Positions 1-13,234 of a stretch of 64,000 nucleotides of DNA are shown in pieces. Under the pieces are notes generated by a model. It had not been told where the DNA came from. It searched no databases and saw nothing but the letters and a program-made list of their open reading frames with translations. Position numbers and translations under genes: made by a program. Within the stretch, counting starts at the first letter, position 1. Each line of letters begins with the position of its first letter. This stretch comes from Octopus vulgaris (taxonomy: Eukaryota), in NCBI GenBank assembly GCA_951406725.2, contig OX597818.1, forward strand, positions 81,716,001 to 81,780,000, in the 5' to 3' direction.

Positions 1-310
1 CGTATTCTTAGATACAATAAGAAAAGGGAAAATAATAATTTTTAGTTTTATAATCATGTACCATGCTGTTGGTATATCTGTTGCTTGTAATTATTTATCA
101 CGTTGGAAGTTTGAAGATGTTCTCTTTATTTTTAAATGATTCATTAATCAGTGGAACTTATGTATCATTTAACAATGCTTTTAATGTTTCAAGCCGCTGA
201 ATCAAGCCAAATAAGTCTATGTGTATGTAGATATACATATATGTGTGTCTGTTATGTAATTGTATGTCATTATTGTATGTATATATGTATGAATGTATGT
301 ATGCGTATAT

Positions 311-368
<58 letters not shown>

Positions 369-389
369 TTGTGTGTGTGTGTATGTGTG

Positions 390-524
390 TTTGTCCCCCA
401 CCTTCACTTGATAACCGATGTTGGTGTGATTACGTACCCGTAACTTAGCTGTTCGACTAAAGGCGGTGCTCCAACATGGCCGCAGTCGAATGATTGAAAC
501 AAGTAAAAGAATAAAAGAAAAAAA

Positions 525-526
<2 letters not shown>
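390..526 (+). mobile_element. SINE family B, 3' half (follows internal TA/TG microsatellite)
   Basis: ttgtccccc...gataaccgatgttggtgtg...cgtaacttagc...cgactaaaggcggtgctccaacatggccgcagtcgaatgattgaaacaagtaaaaga matches the 3' half of copies at 38891-39319 and 43685-44050. Confidence 0.75.
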
Positions 527-560
<34 letters not shown>

Positions 561-563
<3 letters not shown>

Positions 564-730
564 TTTCAAACTTTGTTACAAATCCAGCAATTTCGGTTGA
601 CGCGTTAAGTCGAATATATCGGTCCCATTGCACAACTGCTACTTATTTTATCAACCCCGAAAGGATGAATAGCAATGTCGACTCCCGCGGAATTTGAACT
701 CTGAAGGTAAGGACGGACGAAATGTCGTTC
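561..730 (-). mobile_element. SINE family A (Nin/Deu-like domain), partial
   Basis: acttattttatcaaccccgaaaggatgaatagcaatgtcgactcccgcggaatttgaactc is the reverse complement of the family A core. Confidence 0.7.
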
Positions 731-1199
731 AGTCGATGAATATAGCTGACAGGATCATGTTATTCATTAAATGTAGCCGGTACCATTTCACTAGGCAATG
801 TAACTCGTAGGTATTTTCAAACAATTCTCAAAGATATGGATTTCAGAGTTGGGTTTGTATTCCAGTATCCTTTGTTTCATGGGGGCCTCACGATTCCCCA
901 TTAGCAAAGCATTCTGAACGCTGTAACGAAGGTGATAATGTCTTACTGACGAGTAGATATTATGGCTTCATCACCCATCATGACAAACACTGTTTGAGAA
1001 CAATTTGAAGAACATTTGGATTCGATGTGCAAATGCCTTGTAGAGCACACGTCAATAAAGAAACATCAAAGCAATATGCAACTACAAGATAATTCAATTC
1101 ACCTCCAATCGAAAAATTTGGATATCACTTAGACCTTTGGAGAGTAGAAAAAAACACCTAAACACAATTCTAATTATTTACTTTAAGTTGAAAGTTTAT

Positions 1200-1324
1200 G
1201 ACTGTATGTTAAGAAGTTTTCCTCCCAACCACAATGTTCTGGGTTCAGTCCCTCTTCATGCCATCTATTGCCCCGTCGAAAAATCATTATGAGAGAATCT
1301 GGTATCCGGAACCTGAAAGAAACC

Positions 1325-1328
<4 letters not shown>
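1200..1328 (+). mobile_element. SINE family B tRNA-derived head, degenerate
   Basis: ctgtatgttaagaag...cccaaccac...gggttcagtccc...ctgaaagaaaccc then (TA)n(TG)n, as in other B copies. Confidence 0.55.
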
Positions 1329-1401
<73 letters not shown>

Positions 1402-1924
1402 ATATATGTATATGTACATATATATATATATGTATATATATATACATACATACATACATATATATATATATGTTCTCCTAACGCTGAATCTGTTCATCAA
1501 ATAGTAGTAATTGGCATTTAGTTGTGACAATGCTGTCACCCACACAAATTCCTTATATGGAGCTATGATATCCCCTTTACTCCATTTCTATAATTAGAAA
1601 ATCTTTATTGCCTCCTCTCACTTGTTCTTCATTCTCAGAACCTTATAGTAGTTTGGAACAACTGAATCTTAGTCAGTCAGTTGATGAGCTCCACTACCTC
1701 AAATGTTCTTAAAATTTAAATCCACATCTTTGTCTATGTATCTACCTTCTCTATAATATTGCCACTTGATATGAAAATTTTTGTATTAATGGAAAACCTC
1801 TATAATTAGCTGATGAGTACTCAGTATTTTGAAACAGTTGTAATACTTACAACATTTAATAAAATGATGTAGTACGAAACGATCGTACCAAATTACCGGA
1901 GTCATTCTTGTTGCTTATTTTGAT

Positions 1925-1960
1925 ACATATATATACATATGTGTGTGTATGTATGTATAT

Positions 1961-2013
<53 letters not shown>

Positions 2014-2026
2014 CATACATACGTAC

Positions 2027-2094
<68 letters not shown>

Positions 2095-2123
2095 ATACTT
2101 ACATATATATATATATATATATA
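1925..2123. repeat. Compound (TA)n/(TACA)n microsatellite
   Basis: Directly visible. Confidence 0.95.
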
Positions 2124-2446
2124 TTTCAATACGGTGTAAATAATTCACGAGAAAAAATTAATTCATTAAAATGTAATTTACGAAGATACCATTGACTCTG
2201 TTATTATGTTGTTTATCAATTATAAAAACGTTAATAATAGAATCAATAATATAGGCAATTACAGGTTCAAAAAATCATTAAATAGCTGAGGGATTAAAAT
2301 TAATCAAAGAACATAGTACGTATGTCTACCTGCTGGAAATAGCAGTCAAAACTCTTATTTAAATTGCCAAAATACACTGATAATAACTACAGAAAGCAAA
2401 CAGGCTAAGACAATCTCTCAACGTATATTTAAGTATTTGGACTCAC

Positions 2447-2582
2447 GTGGCAGGTTTCTGCATTTGCAAAAATAGCCTCAGCTTCCTCAGCACGCATTAC
2501 CATGATAGAGACTCCGACAATGGTGGCTGCTATGATTTCAGCCCAAAACGAATCAGGAGAGGTGCAGACTGGAAGACGACAG
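2447..2582 (-). other. Candidate minus-strand exon
   Basis: Donor CAC|GTGAGT (plus actcac 2441-2446); acceptors ttgtTAG (2583-2585) or cttcCAG (2569-2571); unique balanced-GC sequence with one open frame CRLPVCTSPDSFWAEIIAATIVGVSIMVMRAEEAEAIFANAETCH; no recognised homology. Confidence 0.3.
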
Positions 2583-3412
2583 CTAACAAAAATAATTAAG
2601 TACTGGAGTTGATTTATTCGACTGAACCCTTAAAGGCACTACCCTAGAATTGTCGCAGTCTAATGACTGAATCATATAACCGATGCAATGTAAAAGATAC
2701 GGGAAACGATAAATAGATCATTAATAATTGATATAATCTAATTCTAACTATTCAGTTCAGTATCATTCGCCATGATGTACAAAAAGCGAAGGAAGTAAAA
2801 TCCGGAAAAAAATAGCCCTCTATAGAATTTAAGAAGAAAGAATAACGGAAACAAGATTGACTTATCCACTATCATCACTTTGGCGTAAAAAAAATCTGTG
2901 AAATGCATCAGGATTTGGAAAAGCCTGGCGATCTTTGAATGTCTGCGTATGTTCTCATTGCATACTACATCGATTCGTATAATATAAAATAGGCTAGATA
3001 TAGGGATTTACCCGAGACCTTCCTGCAACGTTTAAGCAGAAGAATTTAGGAGTATACACCTCTCGGGATGATATAAAGTGTCAGAGTCTTAAATCATTTA
3101 AGCTGGTTGCAACAAAATTGTGCAGCTCTCTTTGTTACCATTTCAACTCTACAAAGCATAAACAGTCATGTTGAAATTTTGTCAGCCCAGGGTGGTAGTA
3201 TCCACAGGAGAGATTATCTCATTCACTGCTTCTCTCATCTACTCATTCGCCTGACAGAAGTGTGATATCAAATATTCTTAAAACAAAGATTATTACAATT
3301 CTGGACATAAACTGTACGCCTAAACAGGTCTTGGAAAAAACACACAAAAAATGCACTAATTGCTCTTCAAATGTATTATTCAAAATTATAATTATGAGGT
3401 GCTTCTGCTCCA

Positions 3413-3477
<65 letters not shown>

Positions 3478-3693
3478 TGTCTATATATATACATATGTAT
3501 TTATAGATATTTGTTTGTGTATATTTATATATGTTTGTGCATACATAAATATATATATTATATATGTATAAATATGTATAAATATGTATTATGCATTTAA
3601 ATTGTCACGGGGCAGATTTCCTTAACAATGTACTGCATCTATATGTGCACATAAAACACACGCACGCACACACTCACACACATACACACATAC

Positions 3694-3730
<37 letters not shown>

Positions 3731-4104
3731 GTATATATATATGTACATATTCATATACTATATCACACATTATTTATTGCTTCCATCGTGTGGGTTTGGG
3801 AAATATGGAACACCATACACATACAAACATACGCGCCTTTATGTCTTTATGAATATATATGCATGTAATTACATATACGTATGTGTGTGTGCGTGTGTGT
3901 GTGAGTTAGTTTGTTTGTATGTGAAAGAAAAAAAGGTGATAGCAATCAATTAGCTAATTAGGCATTTTTTCCGATATTTTTAATAAGTCTTTCACTTACA
4001 TTAAATGAATTAAGATCTAATTGGTAGAATAATTTGGTATACAATATCAGCCTGTTGCTTTCACCTTTTGATTAAAAGAATATAGCATGAGGTGATACAC
4101 ATAC

Positions 4105-4144
<40 letters not shown>

Positions 4145-4214
4145 GTATATACATACAAACATACATATGTATACATATACGTATATACGTGTGTTGATAT
4201 ATATATATATATAG

Positions 4215-4265
<51 letters not shown>

Positions 4266-4534
4266 TGTGTGTGTGTGCGTGTGTGCGTATGTCTGTATTT
4301 TAATGATAAAGCCAAAAACTTGAAATCAATTAATATATGGTAGTAATAATAATATCAGTAATATTAAAACAGTGATACTATTTGGAGTATGAATAATAAT
4401 AATAACAATAATAGAAATGATTTTATTACCATTGGCAACATCATCATCCTTTTGATCGTTAATAATATTATGGTTATTCTTATTTTATAATCACCATGAA
4501 AAAAAACCCGTCCCCCACCCCCCACCAGCCGCGG

Positions 4535-5040
4535 TGACCAAATTCGGAATTGTATCTACAGTCTCAAATACTGGTTAGAGTATTTACCATATAAAAGTAG
4601 AATGGAGATACTGCAGAACGTTGATTGGAATTGTAAATATCTCAAGAAGAATCTTTGAGAACTGATGCTGTTGGGTGAACCTTCATTTCAAGGAGAATTT
4701 ATTTTGGTTTAATACACACACACCGAGATACTTCAGTATTAACAACAACAACAACAACAGCAACAACAACAACGCACTCAGAGCACTAACAACCAAGTTC
4801 GTGACATATGTCAAAGAAATCGGAATTGAAACGAGAACAGAGCAAGCCCAAAACACTGCTCTACCGGTACAGCTAGGTTATTGAGATTAGCACTTGGATG
4901 GTGAATGTCTCCCAGAGCTTAAAATGTGCGGAAAGAAAGCCTGTGAGGCCTCTGATAACAGGCTGCTCTCTGCTCTCACGGAGTCAACCGGAGCAAACAA
5001 GACCTAGTTCTCTGAGAAGTAAGACATTAATGATAATAAT
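4535..5040 (+). mobile_element. Two 3'-terminal fragments of RLE non-LTR retrotransposons (R4/Dong-like)
   Basis: 4775-4910 reads ALTTKFVTYVKEIGIETRTEQAQNTAL..GTARLLRLALGW*, the typical C-terminus after the RLE domain, followed by 3' UTR and taatgataataat tail; a more decayed piece lies at 4535-4650. Confidence 0.6.
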
Positions 5041-5057
5041 AAGGCAGTAGTTCTCAG

Positions 5058-5624
5058 TGCCCTGATGCACGACCAGGCAGTTGCTCTCATGGATTCTGTT
5101 CTTAACTGATTAGAAGTGCTATCATGTACATTATTTTGTCTTGGTATAAAAGATGGGCTTCAACAAATATTCTGTTCAATAACATAGGTTTGCTTGTCTA
5201 TTGTTTGACCTAAACCGGTTGAGCATGTCCCTTAGTGGCTGATGGTATGTGTATCTCTGAACCCGAGTAGAAGTAGAGGGGAAGCATCATAGCCATGTGT
5301 TGAGAGGAATTGTTTGGGGTTTGAATAATTCCTCACTTGAAACATGGCTGTTTTGTTCATCCTTAAACAAACATCCTTAAAACAAACCTTATTGAGGGAC
5401 CTTTTGAGCGTGATGAGCTACTCGACCTGCAGAAATTTTTACCGAGTCAAACCTGCAAGGTCATACGCTGTTTCTCTTGATATGCGATCACCATGTCGCG
5501 CACATATGGTTGTAATGCATGTGCCTCGTGTACCCTTATCTGACAGGTAGTCATGATGGGTATAATGAGCTTCGTGTATTTTTACCGCAGTGTCACTTTG
5601 ATGGTATGCGCTGCTCTCTCACTC
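5058..5624 (+). mobile_element. ~565 bp non-coding interspersed repeat with (AAT)n tail (SINE-like or LINE 3' UTR)
   Basis: Second copy in inverted orientation at 5954-6488; ends ctcactcAATAAT. Confidence 0.7.
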
Positions 5625-5654
5625 AATAATAATAGTCATAATAATAATAATCAT

Positions 5655-5712
<58 letters not shown>

Positions 5713-5744
5713 TTAATAATAATAATAATAATAATGATGATAAT

Positions 5745-5831
<87 letters not shown>

Positions 5832-5880
5832 GTAATAATAATAATAATGATAATAATGATAATAATTAATAATAATATTG

Positions 5881-5953
<73 letters not shown>
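5625..5953. repeat. (AAT)n microsatellite
   Basis: Directly visible. Confidence 0.95.
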
Positions 5954-5955
<2 letters not shown>

Positions 5956-6488
5956 CCATCAAAGTGACACGGGTAAAATATACGAAGCCCAGTATACCCA
6001 TCATGACTACCCGTCTGATAAGGGTACACTAGGCACATGCATCACAACCATATGTGCGCGACATGGTGATCTCATATCAAGATAAACAGCACATGACCTT
6101 GCAGGTGGGGCCCAGTTAGAATTTTCTTCTGGTTGAGTAACCCAATCAGCTCAAATGGTCCCTGAATAAGGGTTGCTTAAGGATGTTGAACGAAACACCC
6201 ATGTTTCCAAAGGTGAATTATTCAAACCCCAAACAATCCCTCTCAACACATGGCTATGATGCTCCCCCACTACTTCTGCTCGTGATCAGAGATACACATA
6301 TCGTCAGCCACTAAGGGACATGTTCAACTGGTTAAGGTCAAGCAACTGACAAGCAAATCTGTGGTATTGAGCAGAATATTTGCTGTAGCCCATCTTTTAT
6401 ACCAAGACAAAACAATGTACATGATAACACTTCCAATCAGTTAAGATCAGAAGCCATGAAAGCCACAGCCTGGTACTGCATCAGGGCA
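5954..6488 (-). mobile_element. Inverted second copy of the 5058-5624 repeat
   Basis: e.g. plus cccatcttttataccaagacaaaacaatgtacatgataacacttccaatcagttaag is the reverse complement of ~5101-5157 with few mismatches. Confidence 0.8.
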
Positions 6489-7111
6489 TATGATAATAAT
6501 AATAATAATGTATTTGGTGAAAGTTCTTGTAGGTTTCGGCGACCATGTGTGTTCTCTGGCTGCATAAGTTTTGTGTGTCTTTTTAGGCGGGCTATTAGGA
6601 ACCAGCATATAACATGATACCATTTAAGTACAACTCCCTGGAAGCCATTTTGATTCTGTAGATAATGGTGGTAGCGCTAGTAGTGGCAGTAGTAGCAGCA
6701 GCAGCAGCAATTACCAGAATTAACAGTAGTAGTAGTAGTTGTTATTGTTATTTTTTATATGGGTCTTTGGTAGGATACGCAAAAACAAGAAAAAAAAATG
6801 AATTGATTCGTAAAACTAATCGATATATAAAGAGATGAATAAATAAATGTGAAAAGTCAAATACGAAAGAGGTATCGTACAATGTGTGTATTTGTACGTA
6901 TATGTGAGTGTGCTTGTGTATGTATGTGTGTGAACGCGCGAGTGTGGTCACCTCCCTTTGTGTGAGCGTATCCATGGATGTTTAAATGAAGTGCATCTCA
7001 GTGCGTGCGCATACATATATTCACCCACACGCCCATACATACAAACACACATACACATTTATCCAAACGCGTATATCGACTTATGAGCACACATGCTCGT
7101 ATACGTTTGTT

Positions 7112-7174
<63 letters not shown>

Positions 7175-7326
7175 ATAGATAGATAGATATAGATATAGAT
7201 ATATATATATATGCATATATGTATAAATATTTATATATATATACATATGTATGTATATATATATATATACATGCATGTACACTTTTCATGCGTATAAACA
7301 AGCATACACATATATACATACATACA

Positions 7327-7360
<34 letters not shown>

Positions 7361-7568
7361 CATATATATTGTTATATAAACGCTCATATATACAATGTAT
7401 ACATGTTTGTATGTATATAATATGTATTCATCTATTTCTCTGTGTCAGTTTATGTATGTACGTATATATATACACGTACATATTAATAAAAAGACGAAGA
7501 GAGATGAAGGAGGTGAGCAAATGCATATGTATGGACGTGTACATATATATATATGCATATATATATAC

Positions 7569-7599
<31 letters not shown>

Positions 7600-7607
7600 C
7601 ATATATA

Positions 7608-7651
<44 letters not shown>

Positions 7652-7725
7652 GGAAGGTTGCATATATACATGCATACATGTACTCACATATTAATTGTAT
7701 ATGTACATGTATATATGTATGACTG

Positions 7726-7764
<39 letters not shown>

Positions 7765-7833
7765 TAAATATATGAGTACATGTGTGCATGTATATATGCA
7801 ATCTTGTACGTACATATATGCATGTACACATAC

Positions 7834-7869
<36 letters not shown>

Positions 7870-7940
7870 GGAGGTGAACGGGAGGAAATATAAAGAAGAC
7901 GAATGGAAATATGATTTAAAGAGATAATGTTTAGTAGCTA

Positions 7941-7956
7941 CAGCGCCATCTATGGA
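7941..7956 (-). promoter_or_regulatory. Candidate CTCF-type site
   Basis: Minus strand TCCATAGATGGCGCTG matches the CTCF core CCASYAGRKGGCGC in the TAGATGGCGC portion; motif match only. Confidence 0.3.
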
Positions 7957-8203
7957 AAATATCAAACTAAGGAAATTGAATGGCTTTTTGATAAGAGTGT
8001 ATGACGGTTGCAGCGGTGACGATGGTAGAGTGGGTGGAGGCGGTAGTGGTGGTGAGGGGTTATTGAGAGCAGGATGGTCAACTGATTCGTAATATTGCAA
8101 TTGACTTCTTGTAACATCTCTCGACATTAATTCAATGTCTGTGTGCTTGCGTGTACTTGCGTGAGTATATGCATGTGTGTGTGTGTGCTTGTGTGCTTAT
8201 CTC

Positions 8204-8283
<80 letters not shown>

Positions 8284-8481
8284 TTAAAGCTATATACTTA
8301 CACACATGACACGTATACTAAAATGTCAACGTGTATATGCACAGACATACTGTTTATAAATACATACTTACATGCATGTATACACACAGACACACACACA
8401 CACGTACATATATATATATATCTGATGTGTATGTACATACACATACACACACACAACACACAAATATATATATAAATTTAT

Positions 8482-8522
<41 letters not shown>

Positions 8523-9058
8523 AATTTATATATATATATTTGTGTGTTGTGTGTATGTGTATGTACATACACATCAGATATATATCAGTATTTGCATACA
8601 AGTTTCAAAAGGAGAGTTTGAATTACCAATCAATCCCCAATACATGTCTACATATTTACATTTATAAATACACGCAAATTCCACCCCACCGCCACTGTGT
8701 ATACACACATACACACATATTTTCATAGGGCACATAGAAACAAACTAAAATACGTTTATATACGTAGCGCTAACAATATGCACAAGTAAAATCACAAACA
8801 TTGCGTTGCAGCTACTGCTTTGATGCTGAACGACAAACTGAAGTCGTAGAGATAAAAAATAGATGTCTTTGACACCACGACCAGTCATTTGACCAGCCAT
8901 GTTACTAAACTCAATCACTGGCGCCATGCAACTTTAAATAACCTGACCACAAATTCCAATTCCATTTATTATTTTGGATACTGTAAGGATTACGGTTGAG
9001 TAAAAGTGAAGTGCACGAAACTTCTAAGCTGGGGGAAAATTATATACGCATGTGTGCG

Positions 9059-9100
9059 TATACATACATACATACATACATACATACATACATACATACA

Positions 9101-9134
<34 letters not shown>

Positions 9135-9294
9135 CATACATACGTACGTACGTACATACATACATATATACATACATACATATTTATATACATACATACA
9201 TACATACATACATACATACATACATACATACATACATACATACATACATACATACATACATACATACATACATACATAATACATACATACATAA

Positions 9295-9325
<31 letters not shown>
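9059..9325. repeat. (TACA)n microsatellite
   Basis: Directly visible. Confidence 0.95.
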
Positions 9326-9327
<2 letters not shown>

Positions 9328-9334
9328 TTACGAG

Positions 9335-10770
9335 CTGCCTCAGACCAGTTTTTCCAAGATCATGGTGAGTCCAACAGCATAATGACTGATGAACAGACCG
9401 GTGGATCGAAGAGATCGTTGGGATGTGCCGAACATCTTTTGATAAACAAAGCTGTACTGTTTGAAGTAAAAAAAAATAATAAAACATCGTAGTATGGCTT
9501 AATTAAAGGAAAGCATTTGACTATTCCCAACTTATAACGGCTGAAGTGGATGCATTCGGCTGAAAGTGATTGCTGCCTTAATTGTTGCCCTTGGGAGACT
9601 CACAAAAACCTGGGCAACAGTTGTTACACCGAGAATAGAGCAAAACGATCGTCTCTAACTTTATAAATATTTCAAAGGAAATATCCGAATGAGATTGCCA
9701 TTCTCTAATTCTGTTAATTTCGGCATTAAATCCACTATCATTCCTCCAACAAAAGTCAAATCTACTTGCTAGGGTCTGTAACCGTTAGAGATAATAATGC
9801 AAATCAGAATCTGTTTGCTTAAGATGTTAACAATGCCAAAGACACAGCTGAAATTAATAAGATATGCAACTGACCTAGGAAGGTAATTTGACTAAAAAGA
9901 TGTTCATACGTGGAGAATGAGTACCTCAGACCCGAAACTTGTTAATCAATGGTTCACTATCTCTTCTGTCTCACACAAAGAATGCTACAAGTATCTAATC
10001 GTTGATAGAAACACATACGAAGGTACTGTGAATAAATATAGAGTGAACCAAAAAATATAATGCTAGATTTAATAAAATGTGGCTGTCAGAAGTCTCCTCT
10101 TACTAGGACAATATCGCACAATGTATTTGTTTTACGACTGTTGATTCCAACATACTCTGTAGAATAGATCCAACCCGTAGACGTTAAAATTTACAAGATA
10201 CTGACATCAACTGGAAATCGCCACAGAAATAGTGATATTGACAGCCTATATCTAAGAAGAAATAAAAGAAGTAGGGGCTTGAGATCAGTGCCGACAGACT
10301 TCATATCTTCGTGGCTTTCAAACAGTTCTTGCTAAACAACAACAACAAAAGCCAAATACATTAGCTTAATGCTAAAAAGCGAAGAGAACAATATCTTACA
10401 TGTCGGCAATGAGCTCTTCAGAGAGCACGCTGTTCGTGATGACCCTCCATACAGCCGCAAAACAGCTGGACTAACAAACCTTAACGAAGACCTCGATGTG
10501 AGAATAGAATAAAACCACGCATGAGTATGTTTCCCTAAGACTTGAAGAAGACAGTAATATCAACATGAAGCGAAACCTCTCTTGGACTCGCAACCGCTAT
10601 ATCGCTCCGCATTTTAAAGGCTGTACGAAATACCTAATCCAGCTCTAAGATACATCGGAAAATGTGGATTAGGCCATATTTCTGTGGAAGACATCACACA
10701 TGAGATTAGCAGCAGACCAAAAATGTCATCAAGGTACTACCACCCTATATCGGTGAATCTCGATGCAATT
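9335..10770 (+). pseudogene. Highly degenerate RT-CCHC segment of an RLE non-LTR retrotransposon (R4/Dong-like)
   Basis: Frameshifted motifs INKAVL (9441), KAFD (9510), ALNPLSF (9722), YKYL (9986), SDIDSLYLRRNKRSRGLRSV (10231), KC...EDITH.ISS.PKMS (10660-10730). Confidence 0.7.
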
Positions 10771-10810
10771 AAAACTATATTTATTAGCCTGTTTATTATA
10801 TTGAATTAAA

Positions 10811-11040
10811 AATCCTCTGGATAGAGGAAGTTGTCGAGGTCCGGAGCGGATCGCAGAAGGTCCTCGACTCGCTTACGGAAAATCACTTCCCAGCCAGATT
10901 CCGAACGAGGCTGGAACACAGGGATCGGTGTATTGCTGCGCAAGGTGACTCTTTCTAAGAAGATGAAGTTAAAACTTAGGTAAATAAGGTATTCTTTATT
11001 AAACATAACTAGTCCGGGAACTCTTTGATACCAACTCGTA
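10811..11040 (+). mobile_element. mariner/Tc1 3' fragment with right TIR
   Basis: Transposase C-terminal RCIAAQGDSF-like motif (cggtgtattgctgcgcaaggtgactcttt) and terminus gtccgggaactctttgataccaactcg-TA. Confidence 0.6.
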
Positions 11041-11588
11041 TACATACACAGATGCAAATGTACTCCATTTTTTATTGTTTGTTTTATAATTATACATAAA
11101 TGAGCGAAAATGTATATAAAGTGATTTAGTTGAATTCACTTATTTGCATTCCATGCAGTTCATATAATTTACCTTAAATGCCAAGTTAACATTTCAATGA
11201 ATATGTTTTTTCCAAATCCTTCAGCTTAATCTTTTAACTAAAAAACACAAAGGTATTAAACAGTAATACAAGAAAAAGGAGCACATTTTCAGTTTTTGTA
11301 ATACTCGTTTATTTTAATTGTTTGTAGTGATTTTTTTAATGCTTTTCTCATTTTCTATTGAATTATCACTTCCAGAAAGAAGAATATTTGCACACGCACA
11401 TATTTATCAAGATGTACGAACATCCACAAAATGGTGTAGCATATTTAGATACGTGCATACGCTGACACGTACGTTCACACACCATCTTGTGTAGGCATGC
11501 TTACACACACACACGCACACACAGAGATACAAACACAGACAGACACACACACATTCACAGTCTCACTGACTCACTCATACACATCCAC

Positions 11589-11762
<174 letters not shown>

Positions 11763-11799
11763 ATAAAAATATTCATGGGTCGAGGTTCACTACGGTTGA

Positions 11800-11952
11800 T
11801 ATTGGGGGTATTTGTGCTTTTGAAGAGACATTTAATTTTACCAATATTTTCTCTCGTCTATTTTAGCATAACTAAATATACGGCATACTATATTGAATGG
11901 TATATTTATTTTGCGTAGGAAGGGTGGCAAATTTAAAATCTACATAAATGCT
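11800..11952 (-). pseudogene. Penelope-like RT thumb fragment (inverted 5' segment)
   Basis: With frameshifts reads YVDFK.CHP...[15 protein letters not shown]...LQKHKYP, matching the PLE thumb motif YL.F.S.HP.H.K.NIPF. Confidence 0.7.
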
Positions 11953-12610
11953 AAAAAACCTAATAAAATATGCCATTTCCAAACCAAAAGAAATCCCAAC
12001 CTTTGCCTTACAGAGAAAGAATGAAACTGAGTGAGGAACCATAAATCTGAATTTAAATATTCTATTTGTAGTTACTCATAATTCTGGTTTCCACAAAATC
12101 CTACTATCGGCCAAACAAAAATTCCCAATTCTATGTCAATCAGTAATTTAAGGATCCAAATAATTTAAGAATCACAAAATCCCAAAAGTCACTTAAGAAA
12201 AGGCGAGGATCACACCAGAGAAAAAAATAATGCCGGTAACACATTGTGGAGTCCCACGTTGCGGGACATGCGAAATAATTAAAGACGGAACAATTAAAAG
12301 ATTCCAGCATGACACAGAAGTTAAAGTGAATACAGGCATGAATTGTAAAATAAAAAAAAAGATATATCATCTACTGCATCACCTGCCCACGATACAACGA
12401 AAATTACATTGGTGAAACAGAAACAAAACTATCGAAACATGTGAATATAGACAAAGAGCAAATTAAAGTTTCATCTCTTAGAAATTCTACGTCTAGACAT
12501 TCGTGGAAATGGAAAATTCTAGATATTTCATTTTTACAGAATAAAAGACGAAAAGTGATCAACTACGAAAAGGAAATGAGAAATACGTTATAGTACAATA
12601 AGCAAAAGAG
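11953..12610 (+). pseudogene. Penelope-like linker, Zn-knuckle and GIY-YIG endonuclease remnant
   Basis: KNLIKYAISKPKEIP...ILFVVTHN...PVTHCGVPRCGTCEII...MNCK...IIYCITCP.YNENYIGETETKLSKH. Confidence 0.8.
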
Positions 12611-13234
12611 GTGATTTTCTTAAGCACTTAAAATTTACGCCAGCATGCTGCACCAATGTTTACTTGTTGAATTAATACGAGTGATAATCTACGTGGTCGC
12701 TTAACACGATGGAAGTAGTAGCCGAATCATCCTTAATTCATAGTCGTCTCTTTGTAAGGCAAAGGAAAGAATACCCAGTTTATCCTTAGATACTAGAAAA
12801 CTGCTTGATGAGGTCTGACTTACGAGTGAACAACGAAACCTACCGAGAAATAAGACCGTATTTCAGAATTGCTAGTAACCCGCATCATTAAGCAGATACC
12901 TTATACGTTTCATTAAGTTTTCGTATTTGTAAAGTTCGTTGTAATGTTCGTTTTGACTTGTACCAAATAAATCATGGAAGTTTCACCAATTTAAAGGTTA
13001 TATGTGTTTTAACGATATTCCGACATATTAATAACAAAGAAAAATAACCCTTCATACTCTACAATGAATTATGCGAAAATTACAACGAATATGTGCCAAT
13101 CTGTACATATATGTCTACACTGTTCTGAAAACTGATATTGCTAATTTGCGTCACTTTTATGTCCTGTAACTTAGTTAGTTTATCAATAGATTTTGATAAA
13201 GTAACAAGACAGCGAGCTAGCAAAAACGTTAACA

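Noticed and set aside
1490-1800. Possible CR1/L2 LINE 3' end (FFILR..VWNN-like)
   Set aside because: Only one short motif; too decayed to call
8745-8945. 60 aa ORF MAPVIEFSNMAGQ and unique island
   Set aside because: No recognisable homology, no clear donor, no miRNA-like hairpin seen
12803-12850. Hammerhead-like ttgatgag...gaaac downstream of the GIY-YIG remnant
   Set aside because: Position fits a PLE, but core C is missing and stems I and III cannot be paired
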